From the human T2T-CHM13v2.0 reference genome, Homo sapiens, in the NCBI RefSeq assembly GCF_009914755.1, contig NC_060932.1: a stretch of DNA of 64,000 nucleotides, one strand, 5' to 3'. The position numbers and the translations under genes are program-made. The first letter of the stretch is position 1. Every line of letters begins with the position of its first letter. Under the pieces are notes generated by a model. It worked only from the letters and a program-made list of their open reading frames with translations, was not told where the DNA came from and ran no database searches. Below, piece after piece: positions 1 through 14,135 of this stretch.

Positions 1-13
1 TAACTTTCATCAG

Positions 14-118
14 GTGCCTGAAAGATTTTCAGGATTTAAGGAAATTCAGCAGGAGACCACATTAAGTGTGTTTCAATCAGCAGGAAGCTTCTGTACTTTA
101 TGGCTTTCTCTTATGAAA
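14..118 (+). other. Candidate internal exon A (105 nt), homologous to 1430-1551
   Basis: Acceptor taactttcatcag| and donor AAA|gtacgt. Ungapped 79/100 identity (hand count) to 1438-1537. One open frame: VPERFSGFKEIQQETTLSVFQSAGSFCTLWLSLMK. Confidence 0.45.
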
Positions 119-399
119 GTACGTTCCTCAGAAGATATATTTTAAGTTATATAAATCTAAAAATATACAAGTACCACGTTTCTATTAGAGGTGAATACAG
201 GAGTCTCTCTGTAAAATATGCTTTGATTTTCTTCATCACCTATATTTTCTATATTGAGAAATAGATATTCTTAAAATAATTCCATAACAAAGTCATTCAA
301 TATTTTTTCAAATAACTTAAAATTTCACAATTTTAGTTGCAGTCAAACATTTCATATCACAGGGGAGATATAAAAGAGATCCTCAATTCATTTTCACTG

Positions 400-700
400 A
401 AATAAGGAGAGTATTTATAACCTTCCAAACAGGAGATCTGGAAATAGGACTGCTTGAGTAATGATGTGGCAAAGCTCTAGATTCAGTTCTCTGCATGTTC
501 AACTCTATCTTCCTTGACATGTTGGTTCGTTCTAAATCTCACAGCAAGAACATTGCTACAGTTCCAAGAATCAAATCCATTGATAATACATGACACAGGG
601 CAACTAGAAAGTGCAACAGCCTCTCCAACGTGTTATCTTCATAGTTTCATGTCATTCTTTAACCAATTACTCTGAGAAAGGGATGAGAAAGACTGAGAAT
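400..700 (-). mobile_element. Degenerate MaLR LTR fragment (MLT1J/K-like)
   Basis: Weak resemblance to the reverse complement of an old MLT1 (ttcatgtcattctttaaccaattactctg...gggatg). Boundaries approximate. Confidence 0.3.
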
Positions 701-1429
701 CACCTACATGTTGAGGAGTGAAACTCCATAACTTTCATCTCTTAACCCTTGCCTAAGACACTAGGATTGGAACTTTCTTGGGAAGAAACCTGGGGCTATG
801 AAAGTAAATTTAATAAACATATATATATGTTCAAAAGGAAATGGCTTATTTTTCAACTATCAGTTACTAAAAGAAAAAATTCTCTTTTCCAAACAAATGG
901 AAATAGCTGACTAATAAATAATCTACAATAACTAATAAGCAACAGCATCTGAAAGACAACCAAAACCCTGCTTTTAATAAAAACTTGCTCTGGGCTGATT
1001 TAGTAAAACCTAAAGTCTAGGATCTTGAATGCACCATGTAAGACTTGTATTTATGTTTTTATTGTCATAGTCAATATGATAAGCTACTATCTAACATAGT
1101 CATTATATTTTGCCCTACTTTGTACAAATTGCTCTATGTAGAATGTGTACTTTCAGGTTTTGATACATTGAAAACAGAAGTTTTAGAAAGTGAGTGATAT
1201 ATATCTTTAAAACTTCACTAGAAAAGTGCTTGGAATAAAAGCATGATCTAATAATAGGTTATATAGGTTTTAATTAAATAGCTAGTGAGATTCCATCTGT
1301 GTCAATAGGGGAGCAAACACAAATTAACTTTTTTTCTTAATTCATGGAAAAAAAAGAGTGACAACCTGTATTTTTTCAAACTACCTCTTTCTAAATAGTG
1401 AACACAGCTGAAGATATAATTTTCCTCAG

Positions 1430-1551
1430 GCCTTTTTGAAAGATATATGGAATTTACAAAAATTCAGCAGGCGATCAAATTAAGTGTATTTCCATCAGCA
1501 GGAGTATTCTGTATTGTATGGTTTTCTCCTATGCAAATATTAAAGTTGAAG
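1430..1551 (+). other. Candidate internal exon B (122 nt)
   Basis: Acceptor taattttcctcag| and consensus donor AAG|gtaagt. Paralogous to 14-118. Confidence 0.6.
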
Positions 1552-2046
1552 GTAAGTACATGAAAAATTGTTCATAATTTTAAAGGAAATCTTGAACTGA
1601 TAGCCACATTCCTCCCTTTTGTGGGAAGAAATGAGCTTTCATTATACCTTAGGTTTTGATTTAAACATTCTTCTTGCTTTGAGAAGATAGAAGTAAAAGT
1701 TACTTTTAGTAGTACAGGGAGTTAAAATGCTAAGTCATAATAAGCCACTTTCAATATGTTATATATGAACAGTATGTTTATAAATGTCCTGATTTTCATA
1801 CAATGATATATACATTTTATAATTTATACATTCAAACAGTGAATGTATACATTCAAATATTTGGAGCAGTGTTTCTAATATGTCTTTTGAGGAGCAAAAC
1901 AAGAAAAAATTAAATGAGAGTGTAAAATCAGGAAGGCGTTTTTGTATTTTGTTTTTTAACTGTGTTGCTTGTTGTAGAAACAGATATGTGTATGACAGGG
2001 TGTAATGGCAATGGCAGGCAGCAGTGATTTTAAAAACATCAGTGTC

Positions 2047-2351
<305 letters not shown>

Positions 2352-3275
2352 TTATGCCACATAGTGGTAGCAGTGAGAGCAAAACAAAAGCACCAGTAAA
2401 TGAAACTCCTCTCCAGTTTGGTGCTTAAACCCTAAAGAGGTCAGCAGATAATTTTAGGGTCTCAAATTATAGTAAATATAACAACGTCCAATTCCTGTCA
2501 ATTAACTTACCAGAATTACTGTTTGGTGATCAATCAGGCTTTCAAGTCACAGCCAACCCACAGAACCCCTGGGACTTACAAGTGGTGTATAAAAAATATC
2601 AACATATGTCATAAATGAAAACAAAATGTATACTTAAGCAAGAGAAGGCAACCAGAGTAAAAAAATGTCAAAAGTCAGTCTGGATTAACTAGAAGACCCA
2701 ATATAGACAGTAGTTGATAAACAAAACTAGATTTATTTATCTCTGAGGAACAGAAGGAAGCCATCATAGTCAAGGATTTATATCAGAAAATCCGCAAAAT
2801 TGTTCTAGACAGACAGAAAAACAAGTTTCCAGATCATAAAATATTTACAAGGTATGCATAGAATTTTGAGTGAAAATTACTCTACAGTGAGTGATTGTCA
2901 CATCAGACTATCGAAAAGTTCAATAGTGCCAAAATAGAATACTAGAAAATATATATTATAGGAGTTGAAATCATTAAAAGATTTTTTCTTATTCTAAAAG
3001 AGATTAAGTCTGGAGGTTAACCTAAGACTCAAAGAAAATTATAAATCTAAATGTGTATATTAAATATTGGCAGGTAACTACCCCAAAAATGCAAACTATA
3101 ATGGCTGAATCAATGGAGGCAAAAAGAACAGAAATATTTTAAATGCAAAAAGAAGTTGATGGCTCTCATCAAACCCTGCAAAACTTTAGAGCTTGCAATT
3201 TAATTTGCCATTATTGTCAGGTTGTAGTTTGAGTTTTGCACACATATAAATAACTAATTTAATAAAGGGCATAAA

Positions 3276-3780
3276 ACCTTTTCCTGTTTGCCCTGAAAAT
3301 AGTTGTTGGTGGTGTTCGTGGCTGTAATGTTTACCCTGAGATAACTTTGCCACGAAATATTTCTCTTTTGTTATTATTTTCATATAACTCTGGGATATCA
3401 ATTTTGGAAACAAAAGACATCATTCTATTTATAGTATTCTGGTTTTAGTAATGGGATTTCCATTTACCAAATATAGTAATTCTGGGTTGCTGAAAATGCC
3501 AAATCCTAGAAAACATAGCATTCTTACTCATGAGTTCTCAAACAGTTGCTGGCTGAAGATTCATTTGATGAATTCAGTTTTTCCAAAATAGGCAATTCTG
3601 ATGATTCAGACAATTCTGCTATTAGTTCTGTTTAGAAATAACTCCAAGAACAGCTGTTATATTTTATTTTCATGTTGAAAATCAGTCAGATTTGCTTCAG
3701 CCTCAAAGAGTGTGTTTATGTAAAATTAAATGAACACTGGCCGTGAACTGTACTTTTTCTTTTCTAAATAGGAAAAAGGT
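3276..3780 (+). mobile_element. MER75 (piggyBac-family non-autonomous DNA transposon), essentially full length
   Basis: Terminal inverted repeats ACCTTTTCCTGTTT / AAATAGGAAAAAGGT, with TTAA at 3781-3784. Body matches recalled MER75 consensus (gagataactttgccacgaaatat, gtcagatttgcttcagcctcaaagag). Confidence 0.88.
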
Positions 3781-4035
3781 TTAAAGAAAATGAATTATAA
3801 ACCAGCTTCAACTATCTTCATTATTATATCAATCTTTAATATAGTCTGGTCGTTAAATTTTAATATTCATACTATTTTAATTAATTTTAAGGTACTGAAA
3901 TTTGGATCTCCTCACTTACTAAATATGCATAGTAAGGAAGAAAATGTTTTTGATTGTTTTATGTTTAAATACTAATTGGGGTCCCCAGGGCATAAACTAA
4001 GAAAACAACTAAAAAATGTATATTAAGGGTATTGA

Positions 4036-4915
4036 TGTTAAAAGCCAAACTATGTAAAATATTTAAAGATGTTTATTCTGAGTCAATATGAGTAACCATG
4101 GTCCAAGCACAGTCCCAAAAGGTCCTAAGAATGTGTGCTCAAGGTTGTTTGGTTACAGTTGGCTTTATACATTTTAGGGAGACAGAAGTTACAGGCAAAG
4201 ACATAGATAAATACATACAAGGTATACATTGGTTCAGTCTAAAGAGATGGGATATCGTGAATTTGATGGAGGGGCTCACAGGTTATAGGTGGATTTAAAG
4301 ATTATCTGACTAACAATTGGTTGAGAGAGATAAGCTTTGTCTAAAGACTTAGGAAGTCACTAGAAAGACATGCTTGAGTTAAGATAAGGGGTTTTGAGGA
4401 AGCCACAGTTCTTGTTATGTAGATGAAGCCTCTAAGTATCTGACTTCAGAAAGAATAGGTGGTAAATGTCTCTTTTGAGACCTTAAAGTGTATCAGAACC
4501 TAGTTAAATCTCTCCTAAATCCAGGAAAGAACTAGAAAGGGAAGGGGATTTTCTACAGATGCAAATTTACCCCAGAAGTGGGGGCCATTTCAAAATATGT
4601 CCAAGAAATATATTTTGGTGTAAAATACTTTTATTTCCTTCAGGGCCTGCTATTTGTCATGTGATGCTATAGCAGAGTCAACTTGGAATTTAGTGTCTTA
4701 TTGCCACAAAGAGTCTATTTGATCAGTTTCATGATCTCTGTGTTAATGTTAATGCTGGTCGGTTGTGCCTAAACTCCAAAAGAGAGAGGGTATAATGAGG
4801 TGCGTCCAAACTCCTTTCCTGTCATGATTGGGGATTCTGTTTTTCAGGTTTCCCTTGGCCCATAAGAAGTCCACTCAGCTGGTTGGGGAGCTTAGGGTTT
4901 TCTTTTTGGTTTACA
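4036..4915 (-). mobile_element. MER4-family solo LTR (ERV1; MER4D-like)
   Basis: TG...CA termini (tgttaaaag...ggtttaca), about 880 bp. MER4 motifs tttatacattttagggagacag and tgtagatgaagcctc. Confidence 0.8.
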
Positions 4916-6033
4916 AGCGGAACTGCGAATTAGAATAATGCATTTAAGGGATTTTTAAGTTCTAGCTTTGACATGTAAAGAGCTTAACAGGAGTCACTCT
5001 TATCTTTATAACAACAACAACAAAAGAACAAAATGAAGTTTTATGATTTTATTGGGCCAATCAGAAAACTGAAGTTGGAGGGGAAAATGACACCCTGAAA
5101 TCTGAAGAGACAGACACATCCAGAGAGATACAGAAACAGATCTGTTTACCTGGAGCAGGAGTGCTGGAGCCATTAACTGGTACAAGCCCTGGAACAGTAA
5201 TTGTGACGAATCACAGGAGGCTGGATGTGGTCTAGTGTGAGGGTGAGAAGCTTCTGGGAGCTGCAGTCTCAGAGAGCCAGTTGCACTTTCCAGGGCTTTA
5301 TCTCCAGGAACACACCAGCTTCTCACTGTAAAGATCCAAATAAGATCCCCATATGACTCTGGAAGAGGAGAGGAAGAGCAATCATTGCGAAATAGGCCTA
5401 GAGTGCTGGCCACAAAAAAGTCCACCCTCCAGGGAAACACTTCCTAGGGTCTTTTCTCACCTGAGCAAGGGCATTCCTCAACCTCCACCCACTCTGTTCT
5501 GACTGTCTCACATAAGGAGAGAAAAAATAAATCTCCATCAGAAGAGAATCACAGTGAAAGTTACTGCTTATAGTTACAGGCCCATGAAGAGACAGATTTA
5601 ATCATAAGATTGTAGAAAAGTTTCTCTTTTTTGTACTTTAAAACACCACCAAAGAAGACCCCATAAAACAGTGATTTAGAGCTTAAATGATTCGAGATAG
5701 AGACTCTCTAAAAGAGGGATATCACAGAAACCGAAAGCCAAAGGGAGGCACAACAACAAGGACACTGGAGGAACTTGAGGTCAATGGCACTGACAGTAAC
5801 AGCAAACATTAAATAAAAAGCTAAAATCCTAACCATATTAGCATAAATCATCACAAGAAAGGCCCATTTACCTGAATTGGTATTAACTGATACAGCATGT
5901 TATCACTCTATGAAACCATAAAAGGCAACCAAATGCATGAAAAAATAGAATCTGAAGGAAAAAAAGCAAGCATTAGAAACAGATTCAGACATGATATATA
6001 AATGTTGGAATTTTTACCTAAAGAAATTAAAAT

Positions 6034-6978
<945 letters not shown>

Positions 6979-7451
6979 CAATGACTATAATTAGTATGAT
7001 AAGGGCTTTAATGAAAAAATGTAGACAGCATGCTAGAATATATGGATAATGAAAGCAGAGATAAGGTAACTCTAAAGAAAGAATAAAATGCAAATGTTAG
7101 ATACAATAATGAAGAAAAATTGCAACGGCATTGAAGAATGCCTTCAATGGACTCAACAGTCAAAAAATCAGTGATCTTAAAGACAGATTGATGGAAACTT
7201 TTCAAGCAGAAATACAGAGATAAGAACAAATGGAAATGGAAATGGGGGGAAAGAATATCCAAAAATAGAATTACAAGAACCATGGAGCAATTACAAATGT
7301 GTATGTGATTGGAATACCAGAGAAGAAATAAAGAATGGAGACATATATTTGAAGTACTGATAGATAAGAATTTGCTAAAATTAGTGACAGAGACCTGACC
7401 AGAAATCTAGGGAGTTCAACAAACACAAATAAAATAAAACCAAAATATCTA

Positions 7452-7697
7452 TGCTGAGGCAGCTACTAAGTGGCGAGTGGCACATACAGCATGGGTACGC
7501 TGGACACCAGGAGGATTCACGTTCCAGGAAGGGTGGAGAAAGATGGTGGGAAGATTTATCATGCTATGCACAATGTACAGAATTTAAAATTTATATATTG
7601 TTTATTTATAAAATCTTCTATTTAACATTTCAGGCCAAAGTTGACTGTGAGCAACTGAAGCAAGGAAAAGTGAAACCACAGATAAAGGGGACAGCTG
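7452..7697 (+). mobile_element. Tigger2-family 3' terminal fragment (TcMar DNA transposon)
   Basis: gctactaagtg...gctggacac...gattcacgttcc and a terminal cacagataaaggggacagctg followed by TA. Confidence 0.75.
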
Positions 7698-8240
7698 TAT
7701 TTTATATGATCTCATTGTATAATCTCCTCTTGCTTGTAAATTTAACACAAAGACAAATAGTTACAAACATTAATGTAATGACACCAATATTTTACCTAAC
7801 TACACCAATGTTAATCTAATTAGGTCAAAACTACTTTAAATCTGAATGGTGTAAATACAAATAAAAAACAAAGACAGCAGGATGAATTTAAAAAATCCCA
7901 AATCTATGTTATCAATAAATAATTCCATTTTCATTAGAGACTTAGATAATTTAAAACTAAAGGAATGGTTACAAAAAAAAAAAAAAAAAAAAAGAAAGAC
8001 AGAATATATGTATGGAATAGAAAAATCAAATTTCACAATAAACTAGGCCTAACATACATAGAATACTTCAGCCCAAAACAGCAGAATGTACATCATTCTC
8101 AAAATTGCACATTCTTCAAGATAGACCATACATTACAGTTGAAAATAAGTCTCAATATGTTTTATAGGATGGATATTCAGATTATCTTCTCTGATTGCAA
8201 TAAGATGAAATTAAAAAAAAAAAAAAAGGAAGAAAACCTG

Positions 8241-11200
8241 AGGATTTGCTGGCAAGATGGCTGAATAGGAACAGCTCCGGTCTGCAGCTCCCAGCGAGAT
8301 CGATGCAGAAGGCAGGTGATTTCTGCATTTCCAACTGAGGTACCCAATTCCTCTCATTGGGACTAGTTGGACAGTGGGTGCAGCCCAAGGAGGGCAAGCT
8401 GAAGCAGGGTGGGATGTCACCTCACCAGGGAAGTGCAAGAGGTCAGGGGAGTGCAAGCTCTCCTGGCCAAGGGAAGCCATTAGGGATTGTACCATGCACT
8501 CTGGCCCAGATAATGCACATTTCCCATGGTCTTCGCAACCCACAGACCAGGAGATTCCCTCCTTTGCCTACACCACCAGGGCCCTGGGTTTCCAGCACAA
8601 AACTGGGCAGCCATGTTGGCAGACACCAAGCTAGCCGCAGGAGCTTTTTTTTCATATCCCAGTGGAGCCTGGAATGCCAAAGAGACAGAACCATTTGCTC
8701 CCCTAGAAAGTGGGCTGAAGCCAGGGAGCCAAGTGGCCTGGCTCGGCAGGTCCCACCCCCAAGGAGCCAGCAAGCTAAGATCCAGGAGCTTCAAATTCTC
8801 CTGAGTGCATAGCAATCTGAGCTCGACCTGGGACGCTCGTGTTTGGTGGGGGGAGGGGCGTCCGCCATTGCTGAGGCTTGAGGAGGTGGTTTTACCCTCA
8901 CAGTGTAAACAAAGCTGCTGGGAAGTCAGAACTGGGCAAAGCCCACTGCAGCTCAGCAAGGCCACTGCGGCCGACTGCCTCTCTAGATTTCCTCCTCTCT
9001 GGGCAGGGCATCTCTGAAAAAAAGGCAGCAGCCCTAGTCAGGAAATTACAGATAAAACCCCCCCTTCCTGAAACAGAGCACCTGGGGGAAAGGGCGGTTG
9101 TGGGCGCAGCTTCAGCAGACTTAAACGTCACTACCTGGCAGCTCTGAAGAGAGCAGTGGATCTCCCAGCACAGCGTTTGAGCTCTGATAAGGGACAGCCT
9201 GCCTCTCAAGTGGGTCCCTGACCCCCGTGTATCCTGACTGGGAGACACCTCCAAATAGGGACCGACAGACAACTTATACAGGAGAGCTCTGGCTGGCATC
9301 TGGCAGGCGCCCTTCTGGGACGAAGCTTCCAGAGGTAGGAACAGGCAGCAATCTTTGCTGTTCTGCAGCCTCCGCCAGTGATATGCAGCCAAACAGGGTC
9401 TGGAGAGGACCTCCAGCAAACTCCAGCAGACCTGCAGCAGAGGGGCCAGACTTTCAGAAGGAAAACTGACAAACAGAAAGGAATAGTATCAACATCAACA
9501 AAAACGACATCCACTGAGACCCCATCCGAAGGTCACCAACTTAAAAGACCAAAGGTAGATAAATCCACGAAGATGGGAAGAAACCAGTGCAAAAAAGCTG
9601 AAAATTCCAAAAACCAGAACACCTCTTCTCCTCCAAAGGATCACAATTCCTTGCCAGCAAGGAAACAAAATTGGATGGAGAATGAGTTTGACGAATTGAC
9701 AGAGTAGGCTTCAGAAGGTGGGTAATAACAAACTCCTCCAAGCTAAAGGAGCATGTTCTAACCCAATGCAAGAAATCTATAAACCTTGAAAAAAGGTTAG
9801 ACAAATTGCTAACTAGAATAACCATTTTAGAGAAGAATATAAATGACCTGAGGAGCTGAAATACATAGCACGAGAACTTCGTAAAGCATACACAAGTATC
9901 AATAGCCGAATCAATCAAGAGGAAGAAAAGATATCAGAAATTGAAGATCAACTCAATGAAATAAAGTGAGAAGACAAGATTAGAGAAAAAAGAGTGAAAG
10001 CCTATTGATTGAGAGTTTTTATCGTGAAGGTCTGTTGCATTTTGTCAAAGGCCTTTTTGGCATCTATTGAGATAATCATGTGCTTTTTGTCATTGGTTCT
10101 GTCGATGTGATGGATTACGTTTATTGATTTGTTTATGTTGAACCAGCCTTGCATCCCAGGGATGAAGCCGACTTGTTCATGGTGGATATGTTTTTTGATG
10201 TGCTGCTAGATTTGGTTTGTGAGTATTTTGTTGAGGATTTTTGCGTCGATGTTCATCAGGGATATTGGTCTAAAATTCTCTTTTTTTGTTGTGTCTCTGC
10301 CGGGCTTTGGTATCAGGATGATGCTGGCCTTATAAAATGAGTTAGGGAGGTCTTTTTCTATTGTTTGGAATAGTTTCAGAAGGATGATACCAACTTCTTT
10401 TTGTACCTCTGGTACAATTCAGCTGTGAATCCATCTGGTCCTGGACTGTTTTTGGTTGGTAGGCTACTAACTGCTGCCTCAATTTCAGAACTTATTATTG
10501 GTCTATTCAGGGATTCGAATTCTTCTTGGTCTAGTCTTGGGAGGGTGTATGTGTCCAGGAATTTATCCATTTCTTCTAGATTTTCTAGTTTATTTGTGTA
10601 GAGGTGTTTATAGTATTCTCTGATGGTAGTTTGTATTTCTGTGGGATTGGTGGTGATATCCCCTTTATCTTTTTGTCTTACCAAATTGTCTCTGTTTGAA
10701 GATGACATGATTGTATATTTAGAAAACCCCATCGTCTCAACCCAAAATCTCCTTAAGCTGATAAGCAACTTCAGCAAAGTCTTAGGATACATAATCAATG
10801 TGCAAAAGTCACAAGCATTCCTATACATCAATAATAGACAAACAGAGAGCCAAATCATGAGTGAACTCCCATTCACAATTGCTACTAAAGGAATAAAATA
10901 TCTAGGAATAAAATTTACAAGGGATGTGAAGGATCTCTTCAAGGTGAACTACAAACCACTGCTCAAGAAAATAAGAGAGGACACAAACAAATGAAAAAAC
11001 ATTTCATGTTCATGGAGAGGAAGAATCAATATCGTGAAAATAGCCATACTGCCCACAGTAATTTATAGATTCAATGCCATCCCCATCAAGTTACCATTGA
11101 CTTTCTTCACAGATTGGAAAAAACTACTTTAAATTTCATATGGAACCAAAGAAGAGCCCACATAGCCAAGACAATCCTAAGCAAAAAGAACAAAGCTGGA

Positions 11201-12645
11201 AGCATCATGCTACCTGACTTCGAGCTATACTAGAAGGCTACAGCAACCAAAACAGCATGGTACTGGTACCAAAACAGATATGTAGACCAATGGAACAGAA
11301 CAGAGGCCTCTGAAATAATGCCACACATCTACAACCATCTGATCTTTGACAAACCTGACAAAAACAAGCAATGGGGAAAGGATTCCCTATATAATTAATA
11401 GTGTTGGGAAAACTGGCTAGCCATATGCAGAAAGCTGAAACTAGATCCCTTCCTTACACTTTACACAAAAAGTAACTCAAGATGGATTAAAGACTTAAAT
11501 GTAAGACCTAAAACCATAAAAATCCTAGAAGAAAACCTAGGTAATACCATTCAGGACACAGGCATGGGAAAAGACTTCATGACTAAAACACCAAAAGCAA
11601 TGGCAACAAAAGCCAAAATCAACAAATGGGATCTCATTAAATTAAGGAGCTTCTGCACAGCAAAAGAAACGATCATCAGAGTGAACAGGCAACCTACAGA
11701 ATGGGAGAAAATTTTTGCAATCTATCCATCTGACAAAAGGCTAATGTCCAGAATCTACAAAGAGCTTAAACAAATTTACAAGAAAAAAACAACCCCATCA
11801 AAAAGTGGGTGAAGGATACTAACAGAGACTTCTCAAGAGAAGATATTTGTGCATCCAACAAACATATTAATAAAAAGCTCATCATCACTGGTCATTAGAG
11901 AAATGCAAATCAAAACCACAATGAGATACAATCTCATGCCAGTTAGAATGGCAATCATTAAAAAGTCAGGAAACAACAGATGCTGGAGAGGATGTGGAGA
12001 AATAGGAACACTTTTACACTGTTTGTAGGAGTGTAAATAGTTCAACCATTGTGGAAGACAGTGTGGCGATTCCTCAAGGATCTGGAACTAGAAATACCAT
12101 TTGACCCAGCAATCCCATTACTGGGTATATACCCAAAGATTATAAGTCATTCTACTATAAAGACACATGCACACATGCAATTAAACATGTATGTTTATTG
12201 CAGCACTGATCACAACAGTAAAGACTTTGAGCCAACCCAAATGCCCATCAATGATAGACTGGATAAAGAAAATGTGGTATATATATACCATGGAAAACTA
12301 GGCAGCCATAAAAAAGGATGAGTTCATGTCCTTTGCAGGGACATGGATGATGCTAGAAACCATCATTCTCAGCAAACTAACACAAGAACAGGAAACCAAC
12401 ACAGCATGTTCTCACTCATAAGTGGGAGCTGAACAATGAGAACACATGGACACAGGGAGGGGAACATCACACACTGGGTCCTGTTGAAGGGTGGAGGGCC
12501 CTGGGGAGGGATAGCATTAGGATAAATGCCTGATGTAGATGATGGGTTGATGGGTTCAGCAAACCACCATGGCACAGGTATACCTATGTTACAAACCTGC
12601 CCATTCTGCACATGTACTCCAGAACTTAAAGTATAACTTAAAAAA
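8241..12645 (+). mobile_element. L1PA7-type LINE-1 with intact 5'UTR, internal deletions and an internal inversion (~10000-10674)
   Basis: TSD AAGAAAACCTG at 8230-8240 and 12646-12656. 5'UTR begins caagatggctgaataggaacagctccggtctgcagc. ORF1 ATG at 9573, frameshifted near 9703. Minus-strand ORF2 piece, then sense ORF2 from 10682 ([13 protein letters not shown]), then a PA7-type 3'UTR. Confidence 0.92.
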
Positions 12646-12656
12646 AAGAAAACCTG

Positions 12657-14135
12657 TAAAAATTCACAAACGTGTGGAAATTTTTAAACACAGTCAACCA
12701 TTGAGTCAAAAAGAAATCATACGAGAAATTTAAAAATATTTAGTAATGACTAAAATTAAAAAAAAACACAACATATCAAAACATTGGAACAGTGAAAGCA
12801 GTACTCAGAGGGTAATTGGTAGCTGAAAATACCTACATTGAAAAATGACATTGGGTCAATAATCTAACTTTACATTTTAAGTAACTAGAGAAAGATGAGC
12901 AAACTAAACACAAGCTAGCAGAAAAAAAAAATCAAATAATGCTGAAGAAAACTAGGTATCCACATCCAAAAGAATGAACATGGTCAACCACACCTAAATA
13001 CCAGTACAAAAAAAAAAAAAAATGAAAGTTCAAAATTTAAGACCTAAAACTGTAAAACTTCTTAGGAGAAAACTTTGGGGACATTTTTTGTGACATTAAT
13101 ATTGGCAACTTTCAAGGATCAAACAACAAAAGAAAAAATTGATGAATTGAGCTTGCACTTTTGTGCATCAAAGGTCACTACCAAGGAAGCAAAAAGACGA
13201 CCAAGTGAATGGGAGACACTATTGCAAATCATATTATCCGATAAGAGATTGCTTTTCAAAATATGCAAAATAACTTCTAACATTCAACAACAGCAACGAC
13301 AAAATAAACAACCCAATTCAAACATGGCAAAGGATTTTAATAGAAATTTTTCCAAATAAGATATGCAAAGGACCAATAAGTTCATGAACATATGCTCAAC
13401 ATTATTAGTCAGTAAGAAAATGCATATAAAACCACAATAAAATATAACAAGTGTTGGTGTGTAGGATGTGGAGAAAAAAGAACCCTTTTGTATTACTGAT
13501 AGTGATGTAAACCAATGCAGCCACTGTGGAAACCAGTTTAGTGTTTCTTCAAAAATTGAATATACAACAACCATATGAGTCAACAATTCCATTTTTCATT
13601 TTTTTGGTATGTATGCAAAAAAACTAAAAGTAGAAACTTGAACAAATATGTGTTTACAAATATTCATTGTTCCATTATTCAGAATAGCCAAAAGATGAAA
13701 AGAATCCACATGTTTATAAAAAGATGAATGGACAAACAAATACGGTAGAGTCATATAATCAGCCATTAAAAAGAAAAATAATTCTTATGCATGACATAAT
13801 ATGCCTGGACCTTGATAACATTATGCAAAGTGAAATCAGCCAGACATCAAAGGACAAATATTGTAATTCCACTTGTATGTTATACCCAGAATAAGCCAAT
13901 CCAAAGAGGCAGAAAGTAGAATTTAGGTTACCAGGAGCTGAGGAGGAGAAAAGAGTGAGAAGTTATTGCTTAACTGGTACAAAGCTTTTCTTGCAGATGA
14001 TGAAAATGTTTTTGGTATAGACAGTGGTAATGAGTTCACAACATTGTTAAGGTATTTAATACCTCTTAGTTGTATACTTAAAAATGGTTAAAATGATAAA
14101 TATTATACTTTGCATGTTTTACCACAATAAAAAAT
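12657..14135 (+). mobile_element. Old L1M ORF2 remnants and an L1MB-type 3' end
   Basis: ORF2-like text continues the L1 split by the L1PA7. The 3'UTR ends aaaaatggttaaaatgataaat...accacaataaaaaa. Confidence 0.7.

Noticed and set aside
39-65. RKFSRRPH resembles the opiorphin precursor motif QRFSRRPY
   Set aside because: Short match followed immediately by a stop, with no signal peptide or proline-rich body. Likely coincidence.
5006-5440. 144-aa minus-strand ORF
   Set aside because: Antisense to an old L1 5' region, with no recognisable domain and a non-ATG start.
8791-8868. L1 ORF0 start (minus strand, MADAPPP...)
   Set aside because: The ATG is present but a TGA follows after 25 codons, so ORF0 is not intact.
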